From the human T2T-CHM13v2.0 reference genome, Homo sapiens, in NCBI GenBank assembly GCA_009914755.4, contig CP086569.2, positions 4,128,001 to 4,192,000 of the forward strand: a DNA stretch of 64,000 nt. Direction: 5' to 3'. Position numbers and translations under genes: made by a program. The stretch's first letter is position 1; every line of letters starts with the position of its first letter. Under the pieces are notes generated by a model. It searched no databases, was not told the DNA's origin, and saw only the letters and a program-made list of their open reading frames with translations. Positions 17,921-38,162 of this stretch are shown here, piece after piece.

Positions 17921-19895
17921 CAATATTATTATCTATATTTCCATGGCTTCTTTATTATTAGTATTATACATTTCATTTGCCTTCTATCTCCTATCTCTAA
18001 TATTATTTTTTCCTAATGTTTAGTTCTCACTCAACTATTCTGTGAGCATGTTTTCTCTTCTACCTTTTTTTGCTGCTGAGGCCTCATTAATTGAGCACAC
18101 TAAAAAAAAAAATCATGGATGTGCACAGTTCAAACTGTTCAAGAAGAGATTTGCAATTCAGTTACAAAAGTGCCTTTTTCTGACAGCCTCTGCTTGTCAG
18201 TGTCTTCTGGATGTGCTTAGCGTTTGAGCCATGCCTTTCCTCTTTCCAGGCAGCCCCCAAGCAATAACTGAGCATGACCGGTCTAGGGCCTAGGTATATC
18301 TGCCTGATGAGATGCTTCATTAAGGGGCAGTATTTGCTGCAGGTCACTCTATAGGTTTGGTCAAAACCTTTCACCAGAGTCTGAAGAGTATCTACCCAAT
18401 TTTGCTTCCTCCTGCCTTTCCCTCCATGCATATTCCATCCACATGCAATCATAAGAATATTGTATTTTGCTTCCTTCCCATTGTATCACACCAGACATTG
18501 CTACCCCACACCCCCAAATTTCACTTTGACACTCCAAATCTACCTCAGCATCTGCCTTACAGGGTAACTGACAGACAAAATTGGTGACTGAAGTGAACTA
18601 AAAAAGCAGTTGATAAGATGAGAATTGACAATTAGTACCTTATTCCAGGAGGTATGTGAGGCATGGAGTCACTAACACAAGACGATGGCTCAGTTTCTCA
18701 GACATTCACCAGTGGTGAATTGGGAGAAAGTTTCCAGTGGATGAAATTGTCTTCACCTATGTGATGATTCAGCCTCTTGAAAAGTAAAGATGTTGGGGAA
18801 ATTATGTGTAAAAGTACAGTAGAATTTGTTGGTTGCATTGATGCTCTACAAGAGTAGTTAATATACAATTAAAAATTAAATCTAAAGACCAAAGGGCCTT
18901 TTTGGCAGTTCACCAAGTGGCCCTTATCTCCATAGAGGAAAAACAGAAAAACTACAAACAAAGCTCAGGTATAATAGTTACAGTAACAAAGCTAAAATGG
19001 TTACTAAATACATAACTGAGTTCTGTTATGTCAAAGTCTGGAGACTTCTTGAGAAAATCTGAGACCAGGACTCATTGTATTGGGGCAACTGAGTAGCTAG
19101 CCATGAAGAATTTTACTGCTTAGGCACCTCTGTTCCTCAGGACCCACAACAGTGACACTGATTTTCATAAGGACTACAATTCCCACCATCTGGGAAGATA
19201 CTACAGAGCTGTTTTCCCTGGAAGGATACAGTTCCCCTCCAAAACTGCACCTAGATCTTTTGTAGATGCCAGGTCAAGTATTAGGGATGATCCACAGCAT
19301 AAATCTACTATTGACATTCCATGGGGATACACATAGATTTAGATTTTTAGAGTGCTTGATCAGTGGGGACAGATTATAAGACTAGATAAATAAGGCTATT
19401 GACTTTGAGGACCTCTCTCAAGATACAGAATTTATTGCCTGTCAGGTTCCCTAGTAAGGCAAACATACAGCTAAGATAGTCCCTAGAAAATTAAAGAAAG
19501 TGGTCATCCATGCTGAGTGAAGTGGAAATGTCTGATTTGTGCTGGCATGTGGTAAAGGAAGAACTAAAGAGCCTATGGAGATGGAAAGTTTGGAATAGAT
19601 ACATTATGTGAAGCCAGAAGACCTAGCAGAGTATTATATTCCACTGGAGGACCCAGAGGACACACCATTCATTGAAGCCACTGAGTATGCACTGAGGAGA
19701 GAGGCACTAGCTTTCCTAAGAACTTGAGGGGTGGATCTCCTCTGCAGGCTGGGGCTCAATGTAGGATAGGTAGTCACAGAGCTGGGCTCATTAATATCCA
19801 TGGGGATGATGTCTTTCACTCCTTCCACCCACAAGTAATAGAGATGAGGTGATAGTAGAGATAGTTCAAAGAGAATGGCATCCCTAGGAGTAACA

Positions 19896-20035
19896 AGAAT
19901 ATTACTTTATATACATATAAATACATGTATAACAATATACAATTTATATATATATATAAATTGTATATTGTTGTATATTATTCTTGCTTATTCGGTTTTA
20001 TTTGGAATATATATATATATATATAATTTTTTTCC
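19896..20035. repeat. AT-rich (TA)n / palindromic simple repeat
   Basis: 'acaatatacaatttatatatatatataaattgtatattgttgtatatt' is a near-perfect inverted repeat centred on (ta)n, followed by 'atatatatatatatata' at 20008..20026. Confidence 0.8.
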
Positions 20036-20143
20036 AAATAAAGGAAAACAGAATAAACAAGAAGCTGAGGGCAAACACCTCACAAAATATCTTGGCTGCT
20101 GCCCAATTTCAGGACTTTAAGGAACATAGTTAGCCACAGACTC

Positions 20144-20146
<3 letters not shown>

Positions 20147-20179
<33 letters not shown>

Positions 20180-20457
20180 AGACAGGGTTCTTGCTCTGTC
20201 ACCTGGGCTGGAATGCAGTGGTGCAATCTTGGTTCACTGAAACCTCTGCCTCCCAGGCTCAACTGCTCCTCCCACCTCAGTCTCCTGAGTAGTTGGGACT
20301 ACAGGCGCAGCCACGCCAGGTTAATTATTTGTATTTTTTATAAAGACAAGGTTTCACCACGTTGCCCAGGCTGATCTCGAACTCCTGAGCTCAAGTGATC
20401 TGCCCACCTCAGCCTCCAAAATGCTGGGATTAAAGGCATGAGCCACCATGCCCTGCC
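20147..20457 (-). mobile_element. Alu SINE (minus strand)
   Basis: Poly-T run 20147..20175, then 'gctgagacagggttcttgctctgtcacctgggctggaatgcagtggtgcaatcttggttcactgaaacc...gggattaaaggcatgagccaccatgccctgccc'. Confidence 0.9.
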
Positions 20458-22504
20458 CATGATTCAATATTCTTTTAGAAAAATGTCAGGGAAGACAAAA
20501 ATACTTCATCTATTGATAAACCATCTATTCTTTTAGAGAAGTGCATTTGTGAAAATAAGGACATGTCTGAGCTAGACAATCATTTTGAAGAAATTGGGGA
20601 TAACATCAGAAGAAGCAATGCCAAAAGTACCATATACTCCTTCACTGTTCTCAACTATATTTTTATCAGTATCGCGTATCCCGCAGATACGCTCAAGGCC
20701 CTAATTAGCCAGTATCTAGTTAATAATGGTCATTTCATCAAAGGATTATGCTGCTTTTTATATCTAGGAAAAATGGGGAGAAACACAATCTATTCAGTCA
20801 AAATTTTAAGGACAATTTTCACAGAAAATAGTGTGATTATCACTAGAACCTATGCGCTCCTGAGAGAGCACAAACTAATATACAACAACATCTGGCAAGT
20901 TTTACATCTCACTTGGCTTTAATTTAATACTGTCTAACAACAAGAAAAATGGAAGGTATCACTTAAACAGCAAAAGACCAGGTCATTCCAAAATTGTAGG
21001 TGTACCCATACCTCTGTTGAAGAATACAGGTCTGGTGGGAGAAAAGGTATGATAATATATGAGTTCAATGGAGAGCTGCTGGCGTAAGTGTCTACAAAGG
21101 ACTACCTCATGAGTCCGGAAGGCATATATGTTTCTTCTAAGGAAAACATTCTTTATTGCTCTCAAAAATCTTGAGGTTTACCTGTTTGTTGTAGGTTAGT
21201 CACAGTGCTTCCTTTCCCACCTTTCTCATTTTTGTTACTTCCACAATTATTTTCCCAAATTTTGGGGCCTCAAACTCCAAAGCCATTTTTTGATTACTCC
21301 CTCTCCTTTAATCCTCATATCTAATTAGGGATACAGGAAATATTTACAAAGGCCTGATTTGTCACTCTGTAGTCATGCTGAAAACTCATATGTCCGACTG
21401 CATGCTAGTGACCAGTGCCAACACATGACAATGCTTCATTAAGTAAATAGCCGAAACTGAGAAGCCTGACTTGATCTGCAGTAAATGAGGTGATTGGTTT
21501 TGAAATAAAACAGCAAGGACTTATTGAAGAAACATTCTGCTGAAACTTCTCCTCCCGTATTGAACTCAATTCACAGGTCTTTAGTGTAATAAAGATTTGC
21601 TGCAAGGATATTAACCAGGGATAAAAAGCATATTCTTAGCACAGCTACACTAGAGTCTTATTTTAAAAAGCCTAAGTCACTCCAGAGTATGCAGAAAAAT
21701 ATATCTAAACAGCATGTGTTGTATGGCTTTTTTCTTGAATGCCTGATTTTCCATATAGGGGCTTAATTGAAATTCAAATGTTCTAAACTTGATGAATAAA
21801 ACTTAATAAACATTTCTTTATTTTATGTAACTGAAGAAAAAAATCTGTCAAGCTGCTAGTCTCCAAAAGCATTGTATCCTACCCCAATTTGTCATATTGA
21901 ATTTGATCTAGTCTTTTTTTTTTTTCAAAATTCAAATATTATCACAAGCACGGTGTAGATCAAACCTTATTTATTTGATGATAAGATCTAGCCTTTGGGG
22001 TTTCTTATTCTTTGAATAAGATGAAATGGTTCTTTGAATGGTTCCATTCAAAGAATAAGAACCATTTGCAGAAACCTGCAATTGTTTCTTTTAAGATAGC
22101 ATCTGAGAACAAGAGCAGTTTATATATTCTCATAGAATTATGGAAGAGTCATTTGATATCATCTCTCTGTACTCACTGTATTGTTTTTAGTTTACTTGAG
22201 CCCCCCTGCTTCTACCTTGCTATGGGCCAAGGCAAAGCTATAATGCTCACCCTTTTAGTAATCTTGGCAGCTGTCTTAGAAAATGAGGACTTTTTGGCTG
22301 CTTTCTTTGCATCAGGTAGGAGCTTGAGGCTTTCGCTGAGATCTGTGAACCTAGACCCTTGTCTCAGCTCTAGCTACACTACTGTGTCTGCGCCATATTG
22401 AATTCAACAGTGTCAAACACAGGCTTCCAGAATACTCATGATGTGGGCAGAAGAGCTGAATTTTATTATATTTTCAAAACCCATTTGTGTACCTTTATAT
22501 TAAC

Positions 22505-30319
<7,815 letters not shown>

Positions 30320-31009
30320 ATTCCTGTTTCTATTTCTACATCTCCACGTTCTTTCTCCAACTATCAGAGAGGCCATACTTCCAGAGTGTGACAATCTTCT
30401 TTACTTCACATTGTCATCTTTTTGGTTCTGTGGTTTACTCTGGTAAAATTACAGCTTTGAGAATGTCAAGAAAGGCTTATAACTTAAGCTGAGCAATAAC
30501 TTTTATGCACTTACAAGAATTTAGCATCATTTTCCTTCTTCATGGAAGGACTATTGATGAGAAAAACAAAAACAAACAACAATGTCTTCATTTGTACCAT
30601 AAACTAGGTGGCTTATAAACAACAGAAATTAGTTTTTCACTGTTTTGGGGCCTTGGAATTTCAAGGTCAAGGGGACAGCAGATTTGCTGTCTGATAAGGG
30701 CCTGCTTTCTTGATCACAGAAGGGGCAAGGCAGCTCTTTGGGGGCTTCTTTTTTTATATAAGGGGACAAATTCCATTCATGAGGTTCCTGCTCGCATGAT
30801 TTAATCATCTCCAAAAGGCCTCACTTCCTCACTTTGGGAATTAGATTTCAAGATTTTTGGGGAGACACAAAATTCATGCCAAATCAAACAGTAAGAATGA
30901 CCAAAGTGGAGAAATACATCAGACCTTATCTCTATACCTATGTTTGTAAATCTATACAGTTTTATTTTATTTTCATTGACTCTTGTGATCTGTTTCTATA
31001 TTTCTGAGC

Positions 31010-31220
31010 CAGACTGCCTTAGTCTAATTCTGGTTTTATCACTTGTAAGTATATGCTTTTCAACTAGTTAATAATCTCCCAATGCCTCAGTTTCCCATTT
31101 GTAAAATGGAAATACTAATAGTATCTGCATCATAAGGTTGTTGGAAAGATTACCTGGGTTAATATATGTACCTACATGTAAAACTTTAGAGCAGTATCTA
31201 GCATATAGCCAGCACTAGAT
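31010..31220 (+). mobile_element. MIR SINE fragment
   Basis: 'gcctcagtttcccatttgtaaaatggaaatactaatagtatctgcatcataaggttgttggaaagattacc...agagcagtatctagcatatagccagcac' matches MIR ('cctcagtttcctcatctgtaaaatggggataataatac...cacagggttgttgtgaggattaaatga...gcacagtgcctggcacatag'). Confidence 0.5.
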
Positions 31221-31350
31221 AAGAATCAACCTTTCAAATCTAAAATGTGTGTGTTTATATGTTTGTATTCATGTACATCCTATGGTGATTAGTAATTGAG
31301 GAATTATTTAAAGATAACTTATACAAAATCACTGATTTTAAATCTAGTGT

Positions 31351-31807
31351 TTTCAATAGCAAAGACTTGGAACCAACCCTAATGTCCATCAATGATAGAC
31401 TGGATAAAGAAAATTGGCACACATATACCATGGAATACTATGCAGCCATAAAAAAGAATAAGTTCATGTCCTTTGCAGGGACATGGATGAAGCTGGAAAC
31501 CATCATTCTCAGCAAACTAACACAGGAACAGAAAACCAAACACTGCATGTTCTCACTCATAAGTGGGAGCTGAACAATGAGAACATGGGCACAGGGAGAA
31601 GAACATCACACACTGGGGCCTGTTGGTGGGTGGGGGGCTAGGGGAGGGAGAGCATTAAGAGAAATACCTAATGTAGGTAATGGGTTGATGGGTGCAGCAA
31701 ACCACTATGGCACGTATATACCTATGTAACAAACCTGCATGTTCTGCTCATGTATCCCAGAACTTAAGTATAATTTTAAAAAAAGAAAAAGAAAGAAAGA
31801 AAAAAAT
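31351..31807 (+). mobile_element. L1PA 3'-end fragment (ORF2 C-terminus + 3' UTR + A-rich tail), 5'-truncated
   Basis: ORF 31367..31573 'MEPTLMSINDRLDKENWHTYTMEYYAAIKKNKFMSFAGTWMKLETIILSKLTQEQKTKHCMFSLISGS' is the L1 ORF2p C-terminus. Downstream 'gggttgatgggtgcagcaaaccactatggcacgtatatacctatgtaacaaacctgcatgttctgctcatgtatcccagaacttaagtataat' is the L1PA 3' UTR, followed by (a)n/(gaaa)n. Confidence 0.9.
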
Positions 31808-32877
31808 CATACAGTGACACTGGATTAAATATATATATATATATTTACTTAAAAATAAAAATAAAAATAAAATCTGGTGTTTTTACTTATTTATTTAAAA
31901 TTACAATTGTAACTCCCAATTGGATAAGGGCACTTTTTCTGATTAAAAAAGTGAATACGTGTTTTCCCAGAAAGAGCAGGCACAACAAGGTTACATAGGC
32001 AGGAGTGGAAAAGGAGGCACTTTATATAGAATTAATAAGTGGGGTGCCTTGAAGTCATGCTTTCTAGAGGACAGGCAGATAGGAATTAACTAATTTTAAA
32101 AATATTGTGCATACTGCTAGTTATCATAGAAGAACAAGTTCAAACAATGATATCTCAAGTATCAGCTTATCACTATAACATTAAGGAATCAAAGTACAGA
32201 AGAAAACAGAAGGACAAAATCTGTTCTAGTTCAGAAATATAACATAGGGATTTAATCATGTTTTCTTATGTAACAACTAATAATTTTTGTAACACTAACT
32301 GAGGATTTTGCAAAATCCAGTACTATGATATTGTAAAAATAGCTTGATTATTTATAACTGTGATTATATTCACTTGAATGAATACCCCATTTTAGATATT
32401 TCCTTTTTAATTAGAGAGTAAACAATGCAAAACAAAAATCATCAAATTTGGTTGTATGTGGAATTAAAAATACCTTATACTTGAGAGAACACAGTAGCTA
32501 AAATTAATCTCCTTGCTAATTTTAAAAATAAATTATATTCAAATTAAATTCAAATGTCCTATGTTGGGTATGGCTTTTAATGGAGGCATTACTTTCGGAT
32601 GTCCAGACCATAAATATTTTCTTTAAAAACTTTTAATCAACCCTGAGATACCAAGAAGAATAAAATTTATTTTTTTCTGTGACAAACTGAATTACAGATG
32701 TGTTTATTTGCATTAGTGGGTGATAAGAAAAAATAGCTTTCAACACCTTAGAAAACACAAGTATAGTTACAAGTGCCCCAAATAAATAAATTAAAGAAAA
32801 AGCATTTCAAAAACAACGTGAATTATAATGAAGAGACAGGAATATTGAGTGAATTCAAGATGTGGACCCAGAAAATC

Positions 32878-33327
32878 TGAGACAGGTCTCTGTTAATTTA
32901 GAAAGTTTATTTTGTGAAGGTTGAAGACACGCCCATGATACAGCCTCAGGAGGTCCCGATGACATGTGCCCAAGGTGGTCAGAGAACAGCTTGGTTTTTT
33001 ACATTTTAGGTAGACATGAGACATCAATCAATATATGTAAAAACCACATTGGTTCTGTCTGGAAAGGCAGGATAACTTAAAGCAAAGGCAGGAAAACTTG
33101 AAGTGGGGAGGGGGCTTCCGGGTCACAGGTAGGTGAGAGGCAAAAGTTGCATTCTTTTGGAATTTTGGATTAGCCTTTCCAAAGGAGGCAATCAGATATG
33201 CATTTATCTCAGTGAGCAAAGGGATAACTTTGAATAGAATGGGAGGCAGGTTTGCCCTAAGCAGTTCCAAGCTTGAATTTTCCCTTTAGCTTTGTTATTG
33301 TGGGAGCCCAAGATATTTTCCTTTCAC
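32878..33327 (-). mobile_element. LTR-like interspersed repeat ('family X', unclassified), copy 1, antisense
   Basis: 'tgagacaggtctctgttaatttagaaagtttattttgtgaaggttgaagacacgcccatgatacagcctcaggaggtcc...gaatagaatgggaggcaggtttgccctaagcagttccaagcttgaattttccctttagc...cccaagatattttcctttcaca'. It starts TG and ends CA. The reverse complement carries 'caaaataaactttc' near its 3' end. It is highly similar to 48186..48621 and, inverted, to 61053..61756. Confidence 0.65.
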
Positions 33328-36300
33328 AAAAATAACGTTGTGCAAAATGTCTTTCAGAAACAATATGGGTTTTATATGTGTAAGTAAAAAAGAGCATATA
33401 GTATCAGAGATTATCTTTTGCCTCCATTAAATATTTCCAGTTGGAGATTTTCTTTACTTTGCCCCTGCCTCTATATTTTCTATCAACTCCTTCTGCCAGC
33501 CTCATGAATATCTGTGCTCCATATTCTAATTATACGCTCTGCTCCAGGTGAAGCCCCTTATGCATATTATTGATGTCCATATTACTAAGATCAGTAATCG
33601 GTTTACCTAGAACTTATTTATACATTTATATCTACACTTTAATGAATTTTGTTCATTTACCCAGTTATGCTGTTTTCTTATGAACCATAAAGCTCAGAAA
33701 TATGGAGCAAAGAAAAGATGATGGTAGAAATAAAAGTGCTTCCCCGATAGGTATTTTGATTCCTCCTATCTTGTTCTTAGATCTGTTAGCAAGTGTTCCC
33801 TAAAATCTCCAACATTCAATACTCTCACAAGCTTATTTTAAACAGTCTTCACTTCTGACCTGTAAACAGAAAAAAAAATTGCGAGAGAAAAATAATTCTA
33901 AACATTCTTACTTTAAACATGCATTGTTGTTTCTCAGATGAAGTTCTTAGAATCATAATTTGCAGAAGAGTTTATCTTAAAACTTTAAGCTATCATATTG
34001 ATCATATCTCATTAAAAACACATTTTCTTTCAAAGTCTTGAAATGCTAGCAAGCTTGTAGGTTCATATTTTACTTTATCTTATTCCCTTTGAACTCTCCC
34101 AAGTAATTTAATTTCTTAAATTCACCTTGAGCAAACTATTTTTTGCTATCTGCCAGAAAGCAGCTACCATAATCCAAGACCATGGTGGGCAATGTGATTT
34201 CTCTAAAGATAAATTCATTCTTATTATCTGATCACCTCTGGAGGATGAATTCCCCATGCTGTATGAATCTAGAATATTATTCATTAAACCTATTGAGCCT
34301 GCAACATGATCAAATACAGGTAGTACCTGTATAAAACCAGTGGAACTGTTGGAGTCAGGAAAATATAGTTCAGTTCACCACAGGATATTCCAATGACTAT
34401 AAATTAATCAGCTTGCCTTTAGTACCTCCTCCAGATCCCAAGAGAGACAATACAAAGTAGGCAAAAATTGATTTGGGCCTAAGTTTAGAAATATCTCATT
34501 TTTGGTAGATTCAAACTTTGTAATGGTAGTTTAAAAAGACGTTTTCACAATTCCCATATTTCTAAAATAATTTTAGACTTATCTGAATTTTTGTATTTAA
34601 ATATCTTGAAGTTCAGAATTGAGGATTATTTGACTTAGGTTAAAATTTTTATTTATACCACCTATATAGTAGAGATAATTCAAAGCTTCTTGTCAGGGTT
34701 TTAGATTCCAAGCTTATGCTGCTGCTGACTCAGTGACCAGAGAGAGTTTCTTAAACTTTTCAGCCTCCATTTTCTCATGCATAAAATAAGTAGTATAGCA
34801 GGAGTGATACTTTAATTATTTAACAGCCAGTATTATATAGGCACTGGCCAATAAACATAATTTCAATCAGAATAGATACTAGCCAACAGGTGTAAATCAG
34901 GTTAAGTCAGCTGGCTTTATAAATTGTATTCAAAAGGAAGTCATTATACTAAGGCTAGAAATGAAGTTTCATCTCCTATGACATATTTTACTTATTGTGA
35001 ATGGCTTCTTAAAATAGTATGTTGAGAGGAACAGTGAAGTCATATTTGGCTTCTGAGGAGAGATATTGCTCTGATAAATTAGCCACATTTTCCAGATGTA
35101 TAGGAAAGTGAAGTGGTGTTTGTAGTGCTCTATTGTAACATTTCTGGTGTTAAAAACTTGCTTAGAGGCTGCTTAATCTTAACACACAATTCTAGCTTAT
35201 TTGGTTTCTGAGATTAGAGCACAGTGTCAACTGAGAGTAATATCACGCCTCAGGAGGTGTTTAGAAATCTGGAGTTGTTAAGTAGCTAAGGGCTAATAAT
35301 TTTTAATATTCTGTAAACTTTTAGATAGCCCCACACACCTGAAAACATTGTTTTATCCTAAATGTCATAATGCCCCCTGCTGGTCAACACTGCTATAGTT
35401 TAATAGAAGTTTAATAGAAGAAGCAATACAGAAAATAAGGAAGGGGGCTGCTGTAAGTTTATATAATGACTTTCTTGAAAAGTAGCACTAATAGGAAGAG
35501 AAAAAGCAGAAAAAAATACAATGAGAAAACATATACAATAAATCAAAATGCACAATATAAGATAATTTAATATAAGCACATTAGTCTACAAACATTGGCA
35601 GGTCCTTGAAATAGTACATTATTACAATACTGGAGAATAATTGATTATCACATTGATTGTCTTGAGTTATCAAATGATTAATTTATATATGTGTAAGGTA
35701 AGAGTATAGAGTAGTTTGTAATACATCTTCCAACAAATTTCATGCAAAACGAGTAACAGACATTTTAAAAGGTTTCGATGTTTCAAAGAAACTCCAGAAA
35801 ATATGGTCATCTACAATTGCTCTTCATTTTGCAGAGGAGTTTGTTAAAAAATGAATTGATTCCCTACTCTTGTTCACACCTCAAATCACTACAAACTTGC
35901 TTTCACTCTATTTATCTGAATCTGCTTTCACCAAGTTACTAATAAACTCTCTAGAGCTAAAGGCAATGGACAATTCCTATGGAATGATTCCAACATTTGA
36001 TACTTGTGAAAGGAAAATAAATCTTGGGATTTCAAAATCACTAAGCCAAAGGGGAAAATCAATGTGGGAACTGGAAATCTATCTCCCATTTTATTCCTAA
36101 ATAAGATACTTATAAAGATAGAATAGCTATATACCTCCCTCACAATTTTCCCACTAGGAAATGCCTTGTGAGTCTCAAGATCTTTATCTAAAATGGTTCT
36201 GTTGAATTTTACCCTGACAATATAAATTGATAGCTTATCTTCACAGGTGCAACACAAAAGATAGAATGCTGTATTCTGTCTGCTCACCTGAGACAAATGT

Positions 36301-36344
36301 ATATCTGATTACTTCCTCTGATATAAAAATGCAGATTTACTGAG

Positions 36345-36600
36345 CCAGACAAAGGCATAAGTGACTATGCTACACCTCTCTCGAATTTAAATTGTGTATT
36401 CAGTGAAAGGCTAATCCAAGACTCAAAAGAATGCAACTTTTTTCTCTTATCTACCCACAACTTTTTTAACTGTCTTCCTCTTTCCCCATATCCACCCTTT
36501 ACCCTATAAATATTAAAGCCCTCAAAATCATCTTTGGAGACAGGCACAGACATGCTTCTCAGGCATGCATCCTTAACCTTGGCAAAATCTTTCTAAACTG
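36345..36600 (+). mobile_element. Partial copy of LTR-like 'family X' (low confidence)
   Basis: 'cagtgaaaggctaatccaagactcaaaagaatgcaacttttttctcttatctacccacaac' and 'catccttaaccttggcaaaatctttctaaactg' parallel the 61.1-kb copy ('ctggaaaggctaatcagaaactcaaaagagtgcaaccattttttctcacctacctgtgacc', 'catcctcaactttggcaaaataaactttctaag'). Confidence 0.4.
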
Positions 36601-37643
36601 ACTGAGAGCAGCCTCAGATACTTTTGGTTTACATACTATTGGCCTCTTCTTTCTGCCTGAGATATCTTTGTCCTTGATTTCAACATCATTATTCTTTTGT
36701 TATTTTTTAATTAAATTCTTGGTTCTCTCATTCTCTATCTCCATTGTGAGTGCTTTTTGTATCTGCCACAGAATTAACCATGAACCTCTCTTCTCCTTTT
36801 ACTTTTGTGTGCTTTCTGGGCAATATTATCCATTGATGCTTCAAGTAGCACTTACATATTATAATTCACATCTTCATTTTGAGTCTTAACCACTCTTCTG
36901 GACTCTACTAATAAAAGCTTAAGTCTCCTCATATCTAGATCTTTACTTCAACTGCAGAGGCATAATCCAGAGACCACCTTGACATGTCATATGTCTATGA
37001 AAGTTGTGTAATACAATAAATAGTAACTTCTTAAAGAACTGAATCACCTAATACTTTGTAAGCCAATGTGGCTTGAAAACCTCTTATAAATTTTAGTTAA
37101 AAAACAAGAATGACATCAATGGAACAACCTTTCCAAATATATCAGCTTCTTAGAGCTTTCTGACATTTCAGCCATGTATTAGTCAAAGTGACATGATATT
37201 TAGAAGAAGATTTGTTTATTTCAGGCTTTGATAATTTCCTGTAAACTAACTGGCATTTGGCATCACATAGCTGAAAGGGGCATCAGTTTAAAGATTACAG
37301 GATAAATCATTTGGGAACATTAGTCACTTTCTGAGTCACATAGCTATTTACGTAATTCTATAAATGTATTTCTAATAACTACCTGTTCAATGAAAATATT
37401 ATCTAACTCTGGTTTCCTTTTATGGATTGATAATTACTCTATAATATCTTAATAATTAGGTAGCTAATATGCTATCATGCTATTTCCTTTTGCATATATT
37501 TTTACCTTTTATGAAATAGATTTCCTCCTTATGTACAAATTTATAAGTGCATAATCATAGGCAAGATGTGACTTTACTGACTAAATCTGGTATCTACCTT
37601 TTTTAACTGCCTGATATTTTGTAAATTTATTTTTTACTTACAT

Positions 37644-38162
37644 ACTGTGATGGTTAATATTCAGTGTCAACTTGATTGGATTGAAGGATGCAAAGTATTG
37701 TTCCTGGGTATTTCTGTGAGGGTGTTACCAAAAGAGATTAACATTTGAGTCAGTGGACTGGAAGAGGCAGACCCACCCTCAATCTGGGTGGGCACCATCT
37801 AATCATCTGCCAGTATGGCTAGAATAGAGCAGGCAGAAGAAAGTGGAATAAAGAGACTTGCTGAGTCTTCTGGCCTTCATCTATCTCCCATGCTGGATGC
37901 TTCCTGCCCTCGAACATCAGACTCCAAGTGCTTCAGCTTTTGGACTCAGACTTATACCAGTGATTTGCCAGGGTGAAGGCTGCATAGTCAGCTTCCCTCC
38001 TTTTGAGGTTCTGGGATTCAGACTGGCTTCCTTGCTCCTTAGCTTGCAGAGTGCCCCGGGGATTCACCTTGTGATTGTGTGAGTCAATACTCCTTAATAA
38101 ACTCCCTTTCATATATACATAAACCCTATTAGTTCTGTCCCTTTAGAAAACCCTAATACACA
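37644..38162 (+). mobile_element. Solo MaLR LTR (MST/MLT1-like)
   Basis: 'tgtgatggttaatattcagtgtcaacttgattggattgaaggatgcaaagtattgttcctgggtatttctgtgagggtgttaccaaaagagattaacatttgagtcagtggactgg...caatctgggtgggcaccatctaatcatctgccag...aataaactccctttcatatatacataaaccctattagttctgtccctttagaaaaccctaataca'. TG...CA termini and an 'aataaa' near the 3' end are typical of MaLR LTRs. Confidence 0.7.

Noticed and set aside
20563-20922. 119-aa ORF in unique sequence (also 22012..22401 at 129 aa and 35928..36296 at 122 aa)
   Set aside because: No recognisable motif, no splice or Kozak context that I can support, AT-rich codon usage, and a length expected by chance in 64 kb of six-frame translation. The third is partly inside an LTR-like fragment. 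Not called as CDS.
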